Part shown: piece by piece, positions 44,064-49,768 of the stretch | How positions within the stretch are numbered: the first letter of the stretch is position 1 | How the letters are laid out: each line of letters opens with the position of its first letter | IMG/VR virus record: IMGVR_UViG_3300022178_000003 | Coordinates: 1-49,768 of that record | Source of the DNA: a virus | Taxonomy: Duplodnaviria > Caudoviricetes | Reading direction: 5' to 3' (one strand) | Length of the DNA: 49,768 nucleotides | Position numbers and translations under genes: made by a program | Notes under the pieces: generated by a model | Databases searched by the model: none | The model's input: the letters and a program-made list of their open reading frames with translations, nothing else | Told to the model about the DNA's origin: nothing

Positions 44064-45668
44064 ATGGCCGCTTCGCAACCCTATGGTGTTTCATGTAAAG
44101 GTGGGTTAAATACTAACCTAAACCAACTTGAAATGCTTGGACAGCCGGGATTAGCTACAAAGCTTGTAAACTTTGAAGTTGATCCAGACGGAGGCTATCG
44201 CCGCATAAACGGCTATACAGCCTTTGGTGATACTCGTCCTAATGGCTCTAATGAAATACTAGGGCTTGCAGTATATGCTGATGGCCTTATAGCTTGTTCG
44301 GGCGATGGTATTTTCTTTAGCCCTGACGGTGAAAATGCTTGGCTACAAATCAATAGAGCATCTGTACACTCAAGTGGGGACAACTACTCAACATTTATTG
44401 GGAGAGGTTTAGCCGCACGGACAAGTCAAGGACAGTCAAGTTTTGCAGTCTACGAAGGCAACACAGACTATGGTCAAATTATTATTTGTGATGGTGTCAA
44501 CAAGCCTTTTTACTTTCACATGGAAGGCTCTGGAGCTTTAACTACTCGCACATTCTTTGCAGAAGAAATAACAGTAAGCGGCACAACAGCCCCAACAGTA
44601 TGTGCAGTGCACGATCATCACTTAGTAGTTGCGGGAGCAGACGCGGCTAAAGATACTATATATTATAGCCACAACTTTGAGCCTGAAAACTTTTCAGGTT
44701 CAGGATCGGGAAGCATTAAGCTGTCTGATCAAGTTATAGGACTTAAAAGCTTTCGTGGCGACTTAATTATTTTCTGCCGTAATAGTTTACACAAGCTTAT
44801 AAACATTAATGATTCTAGTAACATTGCTATTGTACCTGTTACACAGAACGTAGGTTGCTTGAGTTCACATAGCATTCAAGAAATTGGTGGTGACTTAGTG
44901 TTCCTTAGCCCAGACGGTATACGTTCTGTTGCGGGTACATCAAGAATTGGTGACGTTGAATTAGGATCAGTTAGTCGTCAAATACAATCTATTATTTCTA
45001 CTGTTGCTCACGGCATAAATTCTTTTACTATTACAAGCGCAGTCCTAAGAAGCAAGTCGCAGTACAGATTATTTTATAATACAGACGGCGGGTCTACTGC
45101 ATCTGCTAAAGGAATTATTGGTACACTAACAGCTAACGGCTTTGAATGGTCTGAAACTCTTGGAATACAAGCTACTGGCTTTGCTTCTGGCTTTGAAGCT
45201 ACAGGTGTTGAAAAACTCTATCACGGAGACAGCCAAGGTTATATTTATAATCATAATACTGGCAATAGTTTTTTAACAGGCGGCACGGCTTTAGATATTG
45301 ACGCTCAGTATCTTACTCCGCACTATGACTTTGGAGATGTAGGCACTAGAAAAACTTTACATTATGTTAAGATTTCTGTAACTCCAGAAGGCGAAGCGTC
45401 ACCTACATTAAAAATTAGATATGACTACGAAGATACAACAATACCACAGCCGCCAGAGTATGTTTTAGACAACATACCGACACCTTCTCTTTTTGGAGAT
45501 GCAGTATTTGGAACGGCTGTATTTGGCGCAAGCACTGACCCAATGCTTCGTCAAGCTGTTCAAGGAAGTGGAAGTGTTTGCAATTTACGAATACGCAGCA
45601 CAGATCAAAAGCCGCCTTATGCAATTAACGGCATCTACATAAATTACGTCCCATCAGGTAGGAGATAA
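44064..45668 (+). CDS. Tail nozzle / tail tubular protein B-like
   Basis: GGLNT...GGYRRINGY, beta-rich, VGCLSSHSIQEIGGDLVFLSPDGIR. Confidence 0.7.
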   Translation: MAASQPYGVSCKGGLNTNLNQLEMLGQPGLATKLVNFEVDPDGGYRRINGYTAFGDTRPNGSNEILGLAVYADGLIACSGDGIFFSPDGENAWLQINRASVHSSGDNYSTFIGRGLAARTSQGQSSFAVYEGNTDYGQIIICDGVNKPFYFHMEGSGALTTRTFFAEEITVSGTTAPTVCAVHDHHLVVAGADAAKDTIYYSHNFEPENFSGSGSGSIKLSDQVIGLKSFRGDLIIFCRNSLHKLININDSSNIAIVPVTQNVGCLSSHSIQEIGGDLVFLSPDGIRSVAGTSRIGDVELGSVSRQIQSIISTVAHGINSFTITSAVLRSKSQYRLFYNTDGGSTASAKGIIGTLTANGFEWSETLGIQATGFASGFEATGVEKLYHGDSQGYIYNHNTGNSFLTGGTALDIDAQYLTPHYDFGDVGTRKTLHYVKISVTPEGEASPTLKIRYDYEDTTIPQPPEYVLDNIPTPSLFGDAVFGTAVFGASTDPMLRQAVQGSGSVCNLRIRSTDQKPPYAINGIYINYVPSGRR

Positions 45669-45673
45669 CCCAA

Positions 45674-48600
45674 ATGGCAGGAACAAGTTACACTAGACAA
45701 AGTACGCTTACCGATGGCGATACGATTACAGCTTCACTTTTTAACGCAGAATACAATCAATTAGTTACTGCGTTTTCGTATGCGGCTTCTGGCACTACAG
45801 GACACCAACACGATGGAGGCTCAGGAGAGGGCGGCAACATTGAAATCATTGGAGATCAAGACTTTTTAAACAAGATAGTTGTTGATAGTTCTAACAACCG
45901 TTGGAGCGTCTTTGTAGAAGTGGGCGGTAGCGCCGTTGAGCAAGTACGCATTGAAGATGGTGTTGTGTATCCAGTAACCGACAGCGATGTAGATTTGGGT
46001 ACAAATGCTTTACGTTTTAAAGACGCTTACATTGATAGTCTTACAGCTACAGGAAACCTCACAGTTGGTGGAAATATAACTGTAACAGGTAACGTAGATG
46101 TTGACGGCATTGTAGAGTTTGACGGTTTATCTGGCACAGGATCAGTTACAGTCACAGACATTTTAGATCAAGATGATATGTCAGGCGACAGTGCGACAGC
46201 CCTTGCAACTCAACAGAGCATTAAAGCCTATGTAGACGCACAGCAAGATACTGTTGATACATTCGCAGAGATTTTAGCATTGAGTAACACATCTGGCGGT
46301 ACAGATGTAGAGTTGACCACAACCGACAAGGTTCAGTTCCGCGATGCCGCAATTTACATTAACTCTAGTGCTGACGGACAACTAGATATTGTTGCAGACA
46401 CTGAGATTCAAATAGCCGCAACTACTATAGACATTAATGGTGCTGTAGCACTTAATGGTGCAGTTACTGGAGCTACCAACATTACATTGAGCGGTGAGCT
46501 TGATGCGGCTACAGGCGACTTCTCAGGCGCAGTAGATATTGATGGCGCTTTAGACGTAGCAGGAACTACGAACCTTGATGTAGTAGATATAGATGGCGCA
46601 GTAGATATGGCTACAACTTTAGCTGTTGCAGGCAACGTAGATTTCAATGGCGACCTAGATGTAGATGGTACTACAAACCTAGATGTTGTAGATATAGACG
46701 GTGCTGTGGACATGGCCTCTACACTGACTGTTGCAAGTAATATTGTAGTTGGCGGCACAGTTGATGGCCGTGATGTAGCTACAGATGGTACTAAGCTAGA
46801 TGGTATTGAAGCCAGTGCAACTGCTGACCAAACTGATGCAGAGATTCGTACAGCGGTAGAAGCCGCTACAGATTCTAATGTCTTTACAGATGCAGACCAT
46901 ACAAAGCTAAATGCTATTGAGGCTTCAGCAGACGTAACGGACACAGCTAATGTTACTAGCGCGGGTGCATTAATGGACAGTGAGGTAACTAACCTTGCTC
47001 AAGTTAAGGCGTTTGATTCATCGGACTATGCTACAGCGGCACAAGGTACTACTGCTGATGCGGCACTGCCTAAATCTGGTGGAGCAATGACAGGTGCGAT
47101 AACCACCAACAGCACTTTTGATGGTCGTGATGTTGCTACTGATGGCACTAAGCTAGACGGTATAGAAGCTAGTGCAGACGTAACGGACACAGCTAACGTC
47201 ACAGCCGCAGGAGCTTTGATGGATTCAGAGCTTACTGCTATTGCAAGCGTTAAGGCTTTGAACCAAGGCGTTGCTACTACTGATAGCCCTCAGTTTGTAG
47301 GTATTACTTCTACTGCTAATGTAATTGTAGGTGGAAACCTCACAGTAAACGGCACTACAACAACTCTAAACACTGCAACACTTGATGTAGAAGACAAGAA
47401 CATCACTATAAATTATGGTGCAGGAGATACTACAGGCTCTGCAAACGGAGCAGGTATTACAATTCAAGATGCTGTAGATGCTTCTACAGACGCTACAATC
47501 CTTTGGGACACAACTAATGATGAGTTTGATTTTTCTCATCCTATTAATGTAGCAGGTAAAGTTACAAGCACAGGCACTTCAGTATTTGCAAGCTTAGACA
47601 TCTCTGGAGACATAGACGTAGACGGCACAACTAACCTTGATGTCGTGGACATTGATGGTGCTGTGGATATGGCTTCTACACTAGCAGTAGCAGGAGTTGT
47701 TACAGCCAACGCAGGTGTAGTGGTAGATAACTTCACGCTTGATGGGACTACTCTGGCTTTAAGTTCTGGTGATATGCTTGTTGATGTAGCGGGCAATATA
47801 ACTCTTGATGCAGATGATGCAGGTGAAATAAGACTTAAAGACGGTGGAACACAATACGGTGCTTTGAAAATAGACAGTAGTCGTTTCAAAATTCAATCTA
47901 TAATTTCAGACGCAGACATGCTGTTTGCAGTAAACGATGGTGGTAGTGAAGTAACAGCCCTCTCCTTTGATGCGTCAGAGGCAGGAGCGGCCACGTTTAA
48001 TTCTACAATAGCGGCAACAGGCATAACTGTCTCAGGCAACCTTGATGTAGACGGCGGCACAATCAAGCTGGATGGTAACTATCCTAACGGTGTTAATAAC
48101 GTAGCTCTAGGTAACGCTGCTTTAGATACTGCAAGCGGGGTAAATGGCTATTCTGTGGCTGTTGGTACTAACGCCTTAACCGCCATGACAAGTGGTGGTT
48201 CAAACGTAGGAGTTGGGTACGCTTCTGGTGCGGCAATTACAACTGGCGGTAACAACGTAGCTGTCGGTACAGAAGCCTTGGATGCCACTACAACAGGCAG
48301 TAGCAATGTTGCGGTAGGTTCAGCAGCATTGGGTGCAAACACTACAGCATCAAACAACACAGCAGTTGGTTATTCAGCTTTACTTTCAAACACCACAGGA
48401 GACGCTAACACAGCTCTTGGTAGCGGTACTTTATATGCCTGTACAACTGCTTCTGCAAATACTGCTGTAGGTAAGGACGCTGGCGCTAACATAACTACTG
48501 GAGGGAACAACACAGCCGTTGGTAGAAGTGCTTTACTCGCAAACACTACAGGCAGAGACAATACCGCTTTAGGCTTTAGTGCAGGAGTGACTAACACTAC

Positions 48601-49768
48601 GGGGCTTGAGAATACCGCCATTGGTATGTACGCCTTGAGATTTAACACCACAGGACAAACAAACACTGCTGTGGGCTTACAGGCACTTCACCGAAATACA
48701 ACGGCTAGTAACAATACGGCTGTCGGTAGATATGCTCTGGAGGCAAACACCACAGGCACACGTAACACCGCAGTGGGCGCATTAGCAGGGGATGCCAACA
48801 CAGAAGGCAATTACAACTCAGCCTTTGGTTATAATTCATTAGGGGCAAATACTACAGGCACACATAACACTGCTCTTGGTGACTTTTCTCAGGCTGCTAA
48901 CACTACAGGAACTAAGAATGTTTCTGTGGGGCAAGGGTCATTTATTACCAACACTACAGGCTCTAATAATGTAGTTGTGGGTACAGAAGCTATGACTGCT
49001 AACACTACAGCAGATAACAACACAGCAGTTGGTTTTCAAGCTTTATATGCTAACACCACAGGCAGTGAAAATAACGCATTGGGCTATGGTGCTTTACAAG
49101 CCAACACAACTGCTCAGAATAATAATGCTTTTGGAACTTTAGCTTTAGGGGCAAACACCACAGGTGCGAGTAATACTGCTATGGGTGGTAATACTTTAGA
49201 CGCTAATACCACAGGAAGTAACAACACAGCAGTGGGTTACGTTGCTTTAGGAGCAAACACCACAGGCGCTCAAATGACAGCCGTGGGTACGTTAGCTTTA
49301 GCCGCTAGTACGACAGCCACTGGTTGTATAGCAGTAGGGTTTAGGTCATTAAACGACAACACCACTGGCGATTGGAATGTTGGTCTTGGATATGATGCTT
49401 TAGGAGTTAATACCACAGGCGCTAACAACACAGCTGTCGGTACGTTTGCGCTAGACGCTAATACCACCGCATCTAACAATACAGCAGTGGGTTATGCTTC
49501 TTTAGGCACAAACACCACAGGTGCTAGTAATACAGCAGTTGGTAGAGAATCTTTATTTAATAACACTACAGGCGCAAGTAACGCCGCACTGGGTCTTAAT
49601 GCTTTATACGCAAACACCACAGGCACAGAGAATGTTGCCGTTGGTAAAGGCGCTTTACAATCAAATACCACAGGTAGTTACAATCACGCCTTTGGAGTAA
49701 ATGCAGGTTACGCAATAACAACTGGTTCGACTAACATAGCTATAGGAAACGCGGCTTTAAGTACCGCT
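45674..49768 (+). CDS. Tail fibre, N-terminal part (not in ORF track because it runs off the window; ~1699 aa when joined to 1-1095)
   Basis: AGGAG RBS; MAGTSYTRQS...GHQHDG..GEGG; LDVDGTTNLDVVDIDGAVDMA repeats, DGRDVATDGTKLDGIEA repeats, then 14-aa NTAVG/NTTG repeats; frame matches frame 1 at the join; not every codon was translated by hand. Confidence 0.85.
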   Translation, partial: MAGTSYTRQSTLTDGDTITASLFNAEYNQLVTAFSYAASGTTGHQHDGGSGEGGNIEIIGDQDFLNKIVVDSSNNRWSVFVEVGGSAVEQVRIEDGVVYPVTDSDVDLGTNALRFKDAYIDSLTATGNLTVGGNITVTGNVDVDGIVEFDGLSGTGSVTVTDILDQDDMSGDSATALATQQSIKAYVDAQQDTVDTFAEILALSNTSGGTDVELTTTDKVQFRDAAIYINSSADGQLDIVADTEIQIAATTIDINGAVALNGAVTGATNITLSGELDAATGDFSGAVDIDGALDVAGTTNLDVVDIDGAVDMATTLAVAGNVDFNGDLDVDGTTNLDVVDIDGAVDMASTLTVASNIVVGGTVDGRDVATDGTKLDGIEASATADQTDAEIRTAVEAATDSNVFTDADHTKLNAIEASADVTDTANVTSAGALMDSEVTNLAQVKAFDSSDYATAAQGTTADAALPKSGGAMTGAITTNSTFDGRDVATDGTKLDGIEASADVTDTANVTAAGALMDSELTAIASVKALNQGVATTDSPQFVGITSTANVIVGGNLTVNGTTTTLNTATLDVEDKNITINYGAGDTTGSANGAGITIQDAVDASTDATILWDTTNDEFDFSHPINVAGKVTSTGTSVFASLDISGDIDVDGTTNLDVVDIDGAVDMASTLAVAGVVTANAGVVVDNFTLDGTTLALSSGDMLVDVAGNITLDADDAGEIRLKDGGTQYGALKIDSSRFKIQSIISDADMLFAVNDGGSEVTALSFDASEAGAATFNSTIAATGITVSGNLDVDGGTIKLDGNYPNGVNNVALGNAALDTASGVNGYSVAVGTNALTAMTSGGSNVGVGYASGAAITTGGNNVAVGTEALDATTTGSSNVAVGSAALGANTTASNNTAVGYSALLSNTTGDANTALGSGTLYACTTASANTAVGKDAGANITTGGNNTAVGRSALLANTTGRDNTALGFSAGVTNTTGLENTAIGMYALRFNTTGQTNTAVGLQALHRNTTASNNTAVGRYALEANTTGTRNTAVGALAGDANTEGNYNSAFGYNSLGANTTGTHNTALGDFSQAANTTGTKNVSVGQGSFITNTTGSNNVVVGTEAMTANTTADNNTAVGFQALYANTTGSENNALGYGALQANTTAQNNNAFGTLALGANTTGASNTAMGGNTLDANTTGSNNTAVGYVALGANTTGAQMTAVGTLALAASTTATGCIAVGFRSLNDNTTGDWNVGLGYDALGVNTTGANNTAVGTFALDANTTASNNTAVGYASLGTNTTGASNTAVGRESLFNNTTGASNAALGLNALYANTTGTENVAVGKGALQSNTTGSYNHAFGVNAGYAITTGSTNIAIGNAALSTA
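49679..49768. repeat. Terminal 90-bp exact direct repeat, copy 2
   Basis: Identical to 1-90. Confidence 0.95.

Noticed and set aside
46408-49479. Minus-strand ORFs opposite the tail fibre (also 30-299)
   Set aside because: Antisense shadows of a repetitive, codon-biased gene, without RBS or operon context
48100-49768. 42-bp periodic repeats as a CRISPR array or DGR template/variable repeats
   Set aside because: They are degenerate codon-level repeats of a 14-aa protein motif; there are no identical repeats with unique spacers and no reverse transcriptase or cas operon

Overview
The window is an apparently complete, circularly assembled dsDNA podovirus genome of about 49,678 bp: bases 1-90 are identical to 49679-49768. 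It looks lytic, as I found no integrase, repressor, tRNA, CRISPR array or phage RNA polymerase. There are two divergent arms separated by a ~1 kb non-coding region (34312-35350) with consensus sigma70-type promoters and short subrepeats, the probable physical genome end. The minus arm (34311 to 18249) holds many small early genes, a Gp88-like protein, DUF932, MazG-like, SSB, T7-like primase-helicase, family A DNA polymerase, nucleases, a DUF3310 protein and a class II (B12-dependent) ribonucleotide reductase. The plus arm (35351 across the junction to 18237) holds TerS, TerL, portal, a candidate head-maturation protein, scaffold, capsid, tail adaptor/nozzle, a ~1699-aa tail fibre spanning the junction, a glycosyltransferase, very large internal virion proteins, an M15 endolysin, a holin and four tiny Lys-rich proteins. 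This layout resembles marine RNAP-less podoviruses (SIO1/cobavirus-like; inference only). The most notable unexplained signals are: (1) a shared R-x-x-[YFLK]-x-x-G-G peptide motif in four late proteins, densest in the gene between portal and scaffold, suggesting a cleavage or packaging-tag system; (2) four GCYAC-hairpin-CCC elements with covarying stems around the scaffold start; (3) a TTATAA-N4-TTATAA dyad at early-gene boundaries; (4) a strict 55-aa (5x11) period in a Gln-rich ejection protein. All family calls come from motif recognition by eye; no database searches were run.
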